Shown here: one piece after another, positions 1 to 10,038 of the stretch
Layout: each line of letters begins with the position of its first letter
How positions within the stretch are numbered: position 1 is the stretch's first letter
Assembly: GCA_041649835.1 (NCBI GenBank)
Contig: JBAZML010000003.1
Location: 1,451-65,450 of the forward strand
DNA length: 64,000 bases
DNA from: Candidatus Shapirobacteria bacterium
GTDB lineage: Bacteria > Patescibacteriota > Microgenomatia > UBA12405
Direction: 5' to 3'
Notes under the pieces: model-generated
Database searches by the model: none
What the model was told of the DNA's origin: nothing
Seen by the model: the letters and a program-made list of their open reading frames with translations, nothing else
Translations under genes and position numbers: made by a program

Positions 1-314
1 GGATATTTCCAACCAACAGCATACCGTTTGCTATTAGTTATTTTTTCTTTCTTTCTTTTTATTTCATTTATTTTTCGAGTTCCGAAAAGTGATTTTAGAT
101 CTGATGATGTCTTTTTTTTAGTTTTTAATGTAGTTGTTTTAATTTTTATCTTTGAAAGAAACAATTTTATTTTAGAGATTTTTAATTCAATATTAAATTT
201 AATAAATTTGAGTTTTAGAAACTTAATTTTGGGGATTCGAACCTTAAACAGTAATTTAACTAATCTCAAAACAGGTCTACCGATTGCAATTAATAAACTA
301 ATTATTTTTCTCAT
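1..314 (-). CDS. 5' part of a gene running off the window; Lys-rich N-terminus, possibly a second PBP1A-type protein
   Basis: Minus-strand frame open from ATG 314 to the edge (MRKIISLLIAIGRPVLRLVK...RYAVGWKY), overlapping the PBP stop. Product is a guess. Confidence 0.55.
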   Translation of the reverse strand, partial: MRKIISLLIAIGRPVLRLVKLLFKVRIPKIKFLKLKFIKFNIELKISKIKLFLSKIKIKTTTLKTKKKTSSDLKSLFGTRKINEIKRKKEKITNSKRYAVGWKY

Positions 315-2439
315 CTTTAGGACAATCTAAACAAATCCACTTGCCAGTTATATCTTGAACACTAGATCTATTTTGCCATTCTGCATTAGGATTATCTTCG
401 CCCTCTTTGATCATCTTATTAGTTGTTTTATCAATCAATATATTGTTTTGAAGTGGAGCACGAGTTGTGGGTACAAATTCTTTTTTAAATAATTCATTGT
501 GTGATTCACAACCTCCCTCCGGAGGTAACATCCCAGATAAATTACAAATATTCATTGTTAAAACTCCACTTGGTTTCGTAAAAGTTTTCACCGGTCTATT
601 TTCCAAAATTTTAGTCATAATCCGGTTCCAAATTGGAGCTGCTCCTGTTGTTCCGGAAACCAATCCACCCATCTTAGTGTTGTTGTTATTTCCTACCCAA
701 ACTGCAACCACAAATTCCGGAGTGTAACCAATTGTCCAGTTGTCTCTCATGTCATTGGTTGTCCCAGTTTTTACCGCTACCTCCGAATGCTTTTTTATAT
801 TCAACATTGAACCTCGACCAAAAACCATTCCTCTGGCTCCATCATCGGATAAAATATTGGCAATAATATACGATGTTTCAGGTGATAAAACTCTATCCCC
901 CGGAATATAACTATATTCTTCCAATACTTTTCCTTTTTTATCGGTGACCTTCAAAATCGAAACTAAATCTTGTTTAATTCCCATGTTAGAAAAAACTCCA
1001 AAGGCCGTAACCATATCAGTCATGTAAACTTCGCCACCACCCAATGTCAAAGATAATCCATAATCGCTGGAATTTTTGAAGGTACTAATTCCCATCGCCG
1101 AAGCGGATGCTACAAAAGTTTGAACCGTATTTAACGCCAACATTTTAACAGCTGGAATATTCAGTGAATTACCCAGTGAGTTTCTCAAACTTTGTATTCC
1201 ATGATAACTTCCACCATAATTTGTAGGACAGTACTGTCTTTGATTTTCAACTTTAAAACAAGTCGGATCATCGTCAAAAATTGATGCCGCAGTTGCTTTT
1301 CCTGTTTCAATACCTACAGCATAATTTAACGGTTTTATAGATGAACCTGGTTGTCTTAGAGCTGTCGTTACGTTGTATTTACCGTCAATTTCAGTATCAA
1401 AATAATCTCTTGAACCCACCATTGCCAAAATTTGTCCACTTTTACTTTCAGTAATTAGGGAAGCTCCATTGCTAACTTTTTGTTTTTTTAGTTTTTCAAT
1501 TTCTGTTGCTATTTGTTCTTGAGCAAAATTCTGAATGTCAGTATCCAGTGTTGTCCATACTTTTAATCCGCCCTCAGTTACCATCTGTGTTCCATATTTT
1601 TCCACCAGTTGTTCCTTAACATAAAATACAAAATGAGGAGCACTAATACTATTTTTATTAAGGTTATAACTTAACACTTCATTTTTGGCTGCTTCATATT
1701 CCTCCATACTAATATATTTCAATTCTTCCATTCTCTTTAACACCATCTCTTGTCTATTTTTTGCCGCATCCGGATGAGCAAAAGGGGAGTATCTGGTTGG
1801 TGATCCAGGTAATCCGGCAATTAGCGCTGCTTCTGCCAAGCTTAAATTTTTTACATCTTTATTAAAGATTCCCTTCGCTGCCGATTCTACTCCCCACATA
1901 GTTCCACCATAAGGTGTTTGATTAAAGTACATTTCCAAAATTTGATTTTTGTTATACAGCGCTTCGGTGGCAACAGTTAACACCGCCTCTTTTATTTTTC
2001 TTTCCCATGTTCTTTCCGGAGTTAATAGTGCATTTTTTACCAATTGTTGGGTTAAAGTTGAACCACCTTGGAGTCTGCCCTGAAAGATGGTTCTAAATAG
2101 ACCTCTGACTATTCCTCTTAAATCAAACCCAGAATGGTTGTAAAAATTATTATCTTCAATTGCCAAAGTAGCCTTAATCACTTTTTCGGGAACGTTTGAT
2201 AGAGAGACACTGGTTCTATTTTTGTCCGTATATATTTCATAAAGAAGTTTTCCATTTCGATCAAATATCTGTGAAGATTCGGGGTATTCACCAGAACTCA
2301 ATTTTTTTGGATTTGGCATGTCCTTAAACAGGTTATAACCCAAAAAACCCAAGAGAACTATTCCGCCAATCAGTGCTATCTTTTTCCACTTACTCTTTTT
2401 GAGTCGCTTCTTCTTTTCTTTGTTCTTCTTTAAAGTCAT
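298..2439 (-). CDS. Class A penicillin-binding protein (PBP1A family, transglycosylase/transpeptidase)
   Basis: EDxxFY.H.G and QGGSTLTQQL transglycosylase motifs; SSIK, SLN and KTG transpeptidase motifs; N-terminal TM. Confidence 0.95.
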   Translation of the reverse strand: MTLKKNKEKKKRLKKSKWKKIALIGGIVLLGFLGYNLFKDMPNPKKLSSGEYPESSQIFDRNGKLLYEIYTDKNRTSVSLSNVPEKVIKATLAIEDNNFYNHSGFDLRGIVRGLFRTIFQGRLQGGSTLTQQLVKNALLTPERTWERKIKEAVLTVATEALYNKNQILEMYFNQTPYGGTMWGVESAAKGIFNKDVKNLSLAEAALIAGLPGSPTRYSPFAHPDAAKNRQEMVLKRMEELKYISMEEYEAAKNEVLSYNLNKNSISAPHFVFYVKEQLVEKYGTQMVTEGGLKVWTTLDTDIQNFAQEQIATEIEKLKKQKVSNGASLITESKSGQILAMVGSRDYFDTEIDGKYNVTTALRQPGSSIKPLNYAVGIETGKATAASIFDDDPTCFKVENQRQYCPTNYGGSYHGIQSLRNSLGNSLNIPAVKMLALNTVQTFVASASAMGISTFKNSSDYGLSLTLGGGEVYMTDMVTAFGVFSNMGIKQDLVSILKVTDKKGKVLEEYSYIPGDRVLSPETSYIIANILSDDGARGMVFGRGSMLNIKKHSEVAVKTGTTNDMRDNWTIGYTPEFVVAVWVGNNNNTKMGGLVSGTTGAAPIWNRIMTKILENRPVKTFTKPSGVLTMNICNLSGMLPPEGGCESHNELFKKEFVPTTRAPLQNNILIDKTTNKMIKEGEDNPNAEWQNRSSVQDITGKWICLDCPKDEKNN

Positions 2440-2995
2440 CTATATTTTGTTGTAATAAGTTATATTTTTGTTTATCGCCGATAATTTGTTGGCCTATTTC
2501 TCTAATAATTCCACTATAAGCCATTGTTGTGTCCCAAACTTGGACAGTTAATTGTTTTTGGGCAATGGGTTGTAGTGTTATGTTGTTTATCAACCCGTTG
2601 GCATATTTTAGTTTATTTATTGCCTCAGCGCCAGTTTTTAGTGCTAAATCATGTTTTCCCCGTTTTGCTAGAGCTAAGGCTTCGGCAATTCTTTTATCAG
2701 CCAGAATCAATAGTATCTTCGCTTTTTTCTCATCACTCGGGCTGAACTTTAACCACAACCAATCCCGGCTTTCTTTTATTCCGTAAAAAATATTATTTGG
2801 CAGCATATTTGTTTGAGGTAGTTTGTAAATAATTTTGTCTTGGACAATTACTGGAACTACCCTCAATCTACCTTCGTTTTCATCTCTAACCATTACTTCT
2901 AGTGTCGCTCTGGATACCGAAACCATCAAAATGCCGGTTGCAGTCAAAACCGTTACTAAAATTAAGATTATTTTTTTTATATTCGTATCAACCAT
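2390..2995 (-). CDS. DUF5667-like membrane-anchored protein
   Basis: LPxxxxYxxKxxxD...LxxADKRIAE pattern typical of this CPR family. Confidence 0.65.
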   Translation of the reverse strand: MVDTNIKKIILILVTVLTATGILMVSVSRATLEVMVRDENEGRLRVVPVIVQDKIIYKLPQTNMLPNNIFYGIKESRDWLWLKFSPSDEKKAKILLILADKRIAEALALAKRGKHDLALKTGAEAINKLKYANGLINNITLQPIAQKQLTVQVWDTTMAYSGIIREIGQQIIGDKQKYNLLQQNIDDFKEEQRKEEATQKE

Positions 2996-3001
2996 TGTAC
3001 C

Positions 3002-3775
3002 TTAATTGTTTTTATGAAAAAAAGCTTGCCCGCTTCGAATATTCTTTAAATCGTTCCCAGTTTTGCTCCACATATAGGCATATTGTCCCCAAAATAAAAT
3101 ATTATTAACGATTTTTTTCACAAAATTATTTTTTTTATTTTTTCTTCTATTTACCTCCTTATCCACTTCTCTACTTATTTTTATTCTTTCTTTATATCCA
3201 GTTGCCAAAAATTTTTTTACCCATTGGTTTTTTCCAAGAAATTTCACATAACTCCCATCTTTATCCCAAATTACTTTCATCATAATTAAATCGGTGGCAT
3301 TTTTTAAGTTTTGTTTACTTCGAGGAATCTCTAAGTTTGCCGTATCTAACCATAGATTAAAACAATATTCGTCACTCTTTTCCTTTTCTCCAAACTTTCG
3401 ATGAGGTATACCGTGACACCATACGTAAAACCTCAAGTAGAGTCTCCACCACCATAATTCGGCTTCATCAGTAATTATTAACAAATCAATATCTTCATTT
3501 TTTTTAGCCGCTTCAGCTGCCACCGTGCCAGTTATTCCCACCATCTTTATTCCTTTCATTTTTGACAAATGTTTGACAACCAAATCAGTCGCTAAAAGAA
3601 CTTTTTGTTGCCACACCTTATTTGATACTCCAATCTTTTTTTGTCCTAAAAAGTCACTGTACCGATATTTTTTGGGGCTTATTAGTCTTAAAAACAGTTG
3701 ATCATTATTTAAAATTTGCCCATATTTACCTGCATATTTTTTTGTCAACTTTATTGCTTTTTGAAGTCCGTCCAT
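3002..3775 (-). CDS. Nucleotidyltransferase-fold (Pol beta superfamily) hypothetical protein
   Basis: GITGTVA...DIDLLII matches the G[S/T]x9DxD motif. Confidence 0.65.
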   Translation of the reverse strand: MDGLQKAIKLTKKYAGKYGQILNNDQLFLRLISPKKYRYSDFLGQKKIGVSNKVWQQKVLLATDLVVKHLSKMKGIKMVGITGTVAAEAAKKNEDIDLLIITDEAELWWWRLYLRFYVWCHGIPHRKFGEKEKSDEYCFNLWLDTANLEIPRSKQNLKNATDLIMMKVIWDKDGSYVKFLGKNQWVKKFLATGYKERIKISREVDKEVNRRKNKKNNFVKKIVNNILFWGQYAYMWSKTGNDLKNIRSGQAFFHKNN

Positions 3776-3818
3776 TAACGTATTTTACCCTCTTCTTGCT
3801 ATAATACCTAAGTTTCAA

Positions 3819-5324
3819 ATGAATAAAAATACCAAGAGATACCGTTTTTATGAGATGATTCCCGGTATTTTTGCCTGGTTTGTAATTATCTTCCCCATCT
3901 GGGGATCTATTTTGGTTCCAAAATTGGTTGCTTACTTTGTTTTAGCCTTTTTAGTTTATTGGTTATATCAATCATTCAAATCGGCAATCTTAGCCATAAT
4001 TGGTTATTTTAAAATCCAAAATTCTAAAAATACTAATTGGTTAGAGAAATTCAATGACGATTTTAGGGCTTCTTGGCTTCATTATCGTGATATCAACCAT
4101 GTCATTATTATTTCTTCCTATAAAGAACCAACCGATGTTATCGAAATGGCTTTTACTAGTTTAGCTTCTCAGGTTGACATTGATCTAAAAAAAATTCATG
4201 TTATTTTGGCTCAGGAAGCCCGAGCGGGTGAAATCAACAATCAGGGGACTATCAACTATTTTCAAAAAAAATATTCACAGATTTTTGGTTCTCTAATTTT
4301 TACCGAACATCCCAGTAATCTTCCTGGTGAAATTGCCGGTAAGCATACCAACGAAGCCTGGGCAGCCAGACATTTTAAAAAATATTTTATTGATAAAAAG
4401 AAATATAAAATAGAAAATTTGACCCTGACATCCTGTGATGTCGATACTATTTTTAATCCAAAGTATTTTTCGGCTCTGACCTACAATTTTGCAGCTTCCC
4501 CCGATAGATATTTCAAATTTTGGCAATCACCAATTTTTTGGCATCATAATATCAATAGTGTTCCGGCTCCAATCAGAATTATTGGTGTTATGGGTAATGC
4601 TATTCATATTGCTAATATTCAAGAACCGGACGGTTTATTTTTTAATTATTCCTGTTATTCATCATCCTTTAAGCTAATCGACTCTGCTGGTTATTGGGAT
4701 CCAGATATGATTCCGGAAGATTGGCATATTTTTTTGCAAACTTTTTTTGTCACTGGAGGCAAAACTTCGGTTTCTCCAATATTTTTACCGACAATTGTTG
4801 ATGCACCAGATGGAAAAAATTATTTTGCAGCCTTAAAAAATCGATATAATCAATGCGTCCGTCATGCTTGGGGTGCCATCGATATCCCTTATGCAATTGA
4901 ACAATCACGTCTTCATCCGGAAATCCCTCGGCTTACTCGTGTCCTTCGGGTCTATAAATTAATTCAAACTCATTTTATCTGGTCGAGCAATTGGTTCATT
5001 TTAACCCTTGGTACTTCACTTCCGGTTGCCTTGAATCCTCATTTTTTTAATACCACTTTCGGTTATAATTTACCGCGTATTTCCAATATAATTTTGACAA
5101 TTTGTCTTCTTCCCATGACGGTGCTTATTGTTCTTGACTGGAAACTTCGTCCTCCATATCAGAAAGGTTTTTGGAATTTTATTAAAAACATTATTCAGTG
5201 GCCTCTCATGCCCTTGGCTACTTTGGCTATGTCAGTTTTACCCGGACTTCACTCTCATACCAGACTATTATTTGGTAAACGTCTCGAATATAAAACCACC
5301 GAAAAGGGTTCTGGTGTAAAATAA
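3819..5324 (+). CDS. Membrane glycosyltransferase family 2
   Basis: DVD motif, EDWH, QxxRH-like motif, flanking TMs. Confidence 0.85.
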   Translation: MNKNTKRYRFYEMIPGIFAWFVIIFPIWGSILVPKLVAYFVLAFLVYWLYQSFKSAILAIIGYFKIQNSKNTNWLEKFNDDFRASWLHYRDINHVIIISSYKEPTDVIEMAFTSLASQVDIDLKKIHVILAQEARAGEINNQGTINYFQKKYSQIFGSLIFTEHPSNLPGEIAGKHTNEAWAARHFKKYFIDKKKYKIENLTLTSCDVDTIFNPKYFSALTYNFAASPDRYFKFWQSPIFWHHNINSVPAPIRIIGVMGNAIHIANIQEPDGLFFNYSCYSSSFKLIDSAGYWDPDMIPEDWHIFLQTFFVTGGKTSVSPIFLPTIVDAPDGKNYFAALKNRYNQCVRHAWGAIDIPYAIEQSRLHPEIPRLTRVLRVYKLIQTHFIWSSNWFILTLGTSLPVALNPHFFNTTFGYNLPRISNIILTICLLPMTVLIVLDWKLRPPYQKGFWNFIKNIIQWPLMPLATLAMSVLPGLHSHTRLLFGKRLEYKTTEKGSGVK

Positions 5325-5331
5325 AAATAAT

Positions 5332-6720
5332 ATGTTATACACCATATTGTTTTTGTTCCTCCGTCTTCCCTCATTATTTGAGCCCTACTGGTACGGAGAC
5401 GAGGGCATCTATCTAACTTTAGGCCAGGGGATACGTCGCGGACTTTTGCTATTTCAACAGATTCATGACAACAAACCTCCTACCCTTTATTATCTAGCTG
5501 CTTTTTCTCGAACTGTTTTTGGATTCCGTTTTTTGCTTTTTCTCCTTATGATTCCGACAATATATTTTTTCAATCGTTTAGCCAAAAAATTTCTTAGCGT
5601 TCGTCAAGCCAAATTTTCTACTCTGGTTTTTTTAATTCTCACGTCAATTCCTTTTATTGAGGGGAATATAGCTAATGCTGAAGTTTTTATGTTACTACCA
5701 ACAATTTTGGCAGTTTTAATTTTTCTAAATTCCGATAAAAAATATTCCTTAGTTACTGCCGGTCTCCTATTAGGTCTTGCCTTTACCATTAAAGTTCCGG
5801 TTGCTATTGAATTCATCTTCCTTTGTTTGTGGATATTTATCTTTAGTAAGAATAAATTTAAAAAACTTTTAATTTTTATTTCTGCTTTTTTTGTACCCAT
5901 TCTGATGTATCTTGCTTATTTTGCCATCCGCGGAGCTCTTCAACCCTTTTTGTTTGCCGCTTTGCTTCAGAATTTCGGTTATTTATCTTCCTGGTCTACC
6001 GGTTCTCATCAATCGTCTGTCGCTTCGGGAGGGTTATTTGGACGGGGAATTGTTTTATTAATTTGTTGGGTATTATCCTATTTTCTCTATCAAAGAAAAA
6101 AAATATCCAAGAATTTATTATTTCTTTCGGTTTGGTTTTTTGCCGCTCTTTTTGGTGCTCTGCTCTCGGGTCGTCCCTATCCTCATTATCTGATAGAAAT
6201 TTTACCTCCTCTCTGTCTCATTATTTTTTATTTTTATAAAGCCAGATATTGGGTGGCTTTTATGACGGCCTTCTTGGTTTATAACCTTTTTCAGTATAAG
6301 TTTTATTTTTATCCGGTGTTTTCATATTATGGAAATTTTTATTCCTATGCCATTGGTCTTAAAAAGGTCGATAAATATCGGCAGTATTTTGGAGAACAAA
6401 CAACTCAGATTTATCAAATTGCGGACAAAGTAAAGTCACTAACCACTCCAGCCAATCGTATATATGTTTGGGGTGACCAGTCTACACTATATCCTTTGAG
6501 CGATCGTTTACCTTCCACTAAATATATCGTTTCTTATCACGTGGTTGACTTTAATGCCTATGATTTAACTATGTCCCAACTAAAAGTTGTGACTCCTAAA
6601 ATTATTGTTTATTATCCACAAAATGATCGTCCTTTTCCAGCTTTGGATACCTTCATTTCCGATTATTATTCTTTGATTGATCAGGTGGGCTCAGCTTATA
6701 TCTTTCAATTACGTCAGTAA
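5332..6720 (+). CDS. GT-C fold glycosyltransferase (ArnT/PMT-like, family 39/83)
   Basis: GDEGIY and DNKPP motifs in the first loop; about 11 TMs. Confidence 0.8.
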   Translation: MLYTILFLFLRLPSLFEPYWYGDEGIYLTLGQGIRRGLLLFQQIHDNKPPTLYYLAAFSRTVFGFRFLLFLLMIPTIYFFNRLAKKFLSVRQAKFSTLVFLILTSIPFIEGNIANAEVFMLLPTILAVLIFLNSDKKYSLVTAGLLLGLAFTIKVPVAIEFIFLCLWIFIFSKNKFKKLLIFISAFFVPILMYLAYFAIRGALQPFLFAALLQNFGYLSSWSTGSHQSSVASGGLFGRGIVLLICWVLSYFLYQRKKISKNLLFLSVWFFAALFGALLSGRPYPHYLIEILPPLCLIIFYFYKARYWVAFMTAFLVYNLFQYKFYFYPVFSYYGNFYSYAIGLKKVDKYRQYFGEQTTQIYQIADKVKSLTTPANRIYVWGDQSTLYPLSDRLPSTKYIVSYHVVDFNAYDLTMSQLKVVTPKIIVYYPQNDRPFPALDTFISDYYSLIDQVGSAYIFQLRQ

Positions 6721-6726
6721 CAATTT

Positions 6727-7098
6727 ATGAATGTTGTTTCTTCATTTTTTGGAAATTTGGGGAAATTCTGGCAAAAAACTCTCAACTCCCGTTTACTGAG
6801 GCTTTGTGTTGTTCTGTTAATTGCCCAAATTGTTTTAATCATCTGGTTTTATAATCAACTTCCTCCGGAGATACCACTATATTTTTCTCGTCCTTGGGGA
6901 GAATCTTGGTTGGCCCCATCTTCTATGATTTTTATATTACCTCTGCTTTCATTAATAGTTTTATTAACCAATTATTTTTTAGCTATTTTTTATCATCAAA
7001 GAAAATTATTACTTGCTCAACTACTGGTAATCTTTGCCTTTATTATTTCACTTTTCTCCACCGTCTCCGTCTTAAAAATTATTAGTCTGGTTATCTAA
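6727..7098 (+). CDS. DUF1648-like small membrane protein
   Basis: LPPEIPLYFSRPWG motif; 3 TMs. Confidence 0.65.
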   Translation: MNVVSSFFGNLGKFWQKTLNSRLLRLCVVLLIAQIVLIIWFYNQLPPEIPLYFSRPWGESWLAPSSMIFILPLLSLIVLLTNYFLAIFYHQRKLLLAQLLVIFAFIISLFSTVSVLKIISLVI

Positions 7099-8153
7099 TG
7101 TCCCCTCAATTATTACTTGTTTTACCATGTTCAGTTTTTATATCGTATTTCGTCACTCCACTTATTGTCCGTTTTTTTAAATTTCATAATTGGGTCGAGG
7201 ACCCAATTCATAAGCAAAATAAAAGTGGCAATGCCACCGCGAAAGCCATTGTTCCCCGAGGCGGTGGTTTATCTATTTTTATAAGTGTTTTTCTCACTTC
7301 ATTGATATTTTTGCCCCTCGACAAACATTTATTAGGAATACTTTTAGCGTCACTATTTGCCTTGGTTATTGGTTTGTTAGATGATGTTAAAGATATCAGT
7401 CCAACCTTTAGACTTCTTACCAATGTCATGACGGCTCTTATTGTAGTCGCTTCCGGAATTGGTATTGCTTATCTCTCAAATCCTTTTGGTGGAGTTATCA
7501 ATTTATCTCAACCCCAAATTCATTTTTCTTTTCTAGGAAACCATTCTATTTGGGTCTTGGCGGATATTCTGGCTGTTTTTTGGATAGTTTGGTGTATGAA
7601 TTTTGTCGGTTGGGCTTCCGGAGTTGAAGGTCAATTACCCGGTTTTGTTTCCATTTCGGCTATTTTTATCGGTATTTTAGCTTTAAAATATTCCGGCGAT
7701 ACCACTCAATGGCCGGTAATTGTTTTAGCCTTTGCTGTTGCGGGCGCTTATTTGGGCTTTTTACCCTGGAATTTTTACCCACAAAAAATAATGCCCGGTT
7801 ATAGTGGTAAAAGTTTAGCCGGTCTTCTTTTAGCTATACTATCAATTCTTTCTGGGGCAAAGTTAGCCACCCTAATCTTTCTTTTAGGTATTCCCATGCT
7901 CGATGCCATATTTGTTTTACTTTTTCGTCTCTATCATCATAAATCTCCTTTTAAATCAGATAATAATCATTTACACCATCAACTTTTAAAATTGGGATGG
8001 GGACGTCGTCGCATTTCTGTTTTTTATTGGTCTTTGAGTCTGATGTTGGGGATAATTTCGTTATTTCTAAATAGTCAGCAAAAATTTTACGTTTTTATTG
8101 GATTAGCCATAGTCTTTTTTGGTGTCACCCTGAAATTTTTTCGGCGTATTTAG
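7098..8153 (+). CDS. WecA/TagO/MraY-family polyprenyl-phosphate sugar-1-phosphate transferase
   Basis: PRGGG, GLLDD, FLPWNFYPQKI and DNNHLHH motifs. Confidence 0.9.
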   Translation: MSPQLLLVLPCSVFISYFVTPLIVRFFKFHNWVEDPIHKQNKSGNATAKAIVPRGGGLSIFISVFLTSLIFLPLDKHLLGILLASLFALVIGLLDDVKDISPTFRLLTNVMTALIVVASGIGIAYLSNPFGGVINLSQPQIHFSFLGNHSIWVLADILAVFWIVWCMNFVGWASGVEGQLPGFVSISAIFIGILALKYSGDTTQWPVIVLAFAVAGAYLGFLPWNFYPQKIMPGYSGKSLAGLLLAILSILSGAKLATLIFLLGIPMLDAIFVLLFRLYHHKSPFKSDNNHLHHQLLKLGWGRRRISVFYWSLSLMLGIISLFLNSQQKFYVFIGLAIVFFGVTLKFFRRI

Positions 8154-8919
8154 TTGACACCCAGCCATTTTTACCGCCAAATTTTATTTGATACCAACCG
8201 TTATTTTCACTAATTAATTCATATACATCACCAGGTTTAGCCTTACCTATTTCTATTCCGTTGTTGTTGGCTGCATCACGAATTCTAAGCCATCCGGTTT
8301 CAGTTTCTTTTATCCGTATTTTAGGTCCTAAAATACTCGTAGGTATCGGAGTAATTGTCACACCAGTGTCCGCTCGGACTTCTTTTTCTAGCTTTGCATC
8401 AACAATTAGTTGGTAACCTTTAACCACTTTAATAATCAAATTAATAGTCTTATACCCCGGATAATTAATTGACAATTTCTTATCACCATCCTCCACACTT
8501 TCAATTTTTGATGGACTGTTATTTCTTGCCTCTCCATCAAGATAAATCATTGCCCCATCAGGGTTTGAATTGACCAAGATACTACCATTTCCTCCAGTTT
8601 TTTCCATCGACAATATGTAACCCGTGTTTCGATTGTCATCAAAGTTCCAATTGATCACCGAAGTAACATTGTTTTCAAGTTTTATTTTTCTTTCCCAAAA
8701 ATTACCCTTGTTATCATCAAGCTTCAGATAAATATCACCTGGTTTAAGGGTATTATTTTTATAGGGAGTTGTTCCACTTTCTTTACCGTTAATGTATACT
8801 TTGGCAATGGGTTTAGATGTAATTTCCACACCTGATTTATCAATTCCACAACCTCCAAAAAGTAGACTACAGAAAAACGCTGTCATGATAAAACTGATAT
8901 TTTTTTTCTTTATAATCAT
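8125..8919 (-). CDS. PEGA-domain and C-terminal SH3 exported protein (lipoprotein-like signal)
   Basis: Two PEGA-like repeats (SKPIAKVYING, SNPDGAMIYLDG); SH3b GWLRIR...GWVS; start moved to ATG 8919 (KKK, hydrophobic stretch, LFGGC). Confidence 0.8.
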   Translation of the reverse strand: MIIKKKNISFIMTAFFCSLLFGGCGIDKSGVEITSKPIAKVYINGKESGTTPYKNNTLKPGDIYLKLDDNKGNFWERKIKLENNVTSVINWNFDDNRNTGYILSMEKTGGNGSILVNSNPDGAMIYLDGEARNNSPSKIESVEDGDKKLSINYPGYKTINLIIKVVKGYQLIVDAKLEKEVRADTGVTITPIPTSILGPKIRIKETETGWLRIRDAANNNGIEIGKAKPGDVYELISENNGWYQIKFGGKNGWVSTKYAEKISG

Positions 8920-9832
8920 TTCCTTTCCCCTATTATATTTTATTTTCTCCCCAAAAGCCTTTTTATCTCCCTTCGTCTCGATGGAACCTACAAGCGAAGT
9001 CGGATTGATACCAACCACCATTCCCACTCCCACATCAATTCCCACCGTCTCTCTGGGATTAGTTGGTGACCTGGGTTTAGGTCGTTTTATTACTTCAACG
9101 TCAAGAAAAAAAGGTGATTTTTCTTGGTCTTTTCAAAAAATATCTCCCTGGTTAATTTCTCATGACTTTAATATTGCCAATCTGGAGAGTCCTATTATTG
9201 AAGACTGTCCTGAAGGAAAAACTGGCACCTTTACTTTTTGTGGTGACACTCAATTTTTACCTTATTTAAAATCCAATAAACTAGTTTTAAATTTAGCTAA
9301 CAATCATATTTTAAATTATGGTGTCGACGGTTTAACCCAAACCAGAAATTATTTATCTCAAAACAACATTATATTTTTTCCTGATTTTGCTACAAAAACA
9401 ATCAATGGAATTACTTTTGGATTTTTAGGTTACGACTTTATTACTTATCCAAAACTTCCCCAAGAAACATTAATAAGCGATATCAATAAGTATGATTCTA
9501 CCGTCGACTGGTTGGTTGTTTCCATTCACTGGGGAAACGAATATCTGCCTGCCGCCGAAACCTGGCGAGTAAATTTAGCCCACCAGTTAGTAGATGCCGG
9601 TGCTGATATTATTCACGGTCATCATCCCCATGTTTGGCAATCATACGAAGTTTATCAGGACAAACCCATTTTCTATTCTTTTGGTAATTTTATTTTTGAT
9701 CAATCCTGGTCCTATGAAACTTCCCATTCTCAAATAGGGGAGCTGACCCTTTCCAAAACCAAAATGGAAAATTTAAAACTGTATCCTATCGAAATCAAGT
9801 TCAACACTCAACCGGGGCTTATGGAACCCTAA
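8885..9832 (+). CDS. CapA/PGA_cap family metallophosphoesterase
   Basis: GD, NLE, ANNH, HWGNEY, GHHPH and YSFGNF motifs; start moved to ATG 8885. Confidence 0.9.
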   Translation: MIKLIFFFFIIISFPLLYFIFSPKAFLSPFVSMEPTSEVGLIPTTIPTPTSIPTVSLGLVGDLGLGRFITSTSRKKGDFSWSFQKISPWLISHDFNIANLESPIIEDCPEGKTGTFTFCGDTQFLPYLKSNKLVLNLANNHILNYGVDGLTQTRNYLSQNNIIFFPDFATKTINGITFGFLGYDFITYPKLPQETLISDINKYDSTVDWLVVSIHWGNEYLPAAETWRVNLAHQLVDAGADIIHGHHPHVWQSYEVYQDKPIFYSFGNFIFDQSWSYETSHSQIGELTLSKTKMENLKLYPIEIKFNTQPGLMEP

Positions 9833-10038
9833 AGACACTTTGGCTGGTATTGGCCCTTACTATTCAATTCTAAAATTCCGCTCCAAGTAAAAAATTTATC
9901 AGTCAATGGTCGAATTCGAAGACTTTGGCACAATAATTGCTGTTTCATTTGTGCTTGACTGTTTACCACTAAAAATGCCGTTAAAGTAACCAAGATCACT
10001 ACTATTCCTGACCAAATATAAATATCTTTTTTATCCAT
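9829..10038 (-). CDS. Small membrane-anchored hypothetical protein
   Basis: N-terminal TM; overlaps the upstream methyltransferase stop. Confidence 0.6.
   Translation of the reverse strand: MDKKDIYIWSGIVVILVTLTAFLVVNSQAQMKQQLLCQSLRIRPLTDKFFTWSGILELNSKGQYQPKCL

Noticed and set aside
28-330. Hydrophobic 100-aa plus-strand ORF
   Set aside because: Antisense shadow of a Lys-rich minus-strand gene starting at 314.
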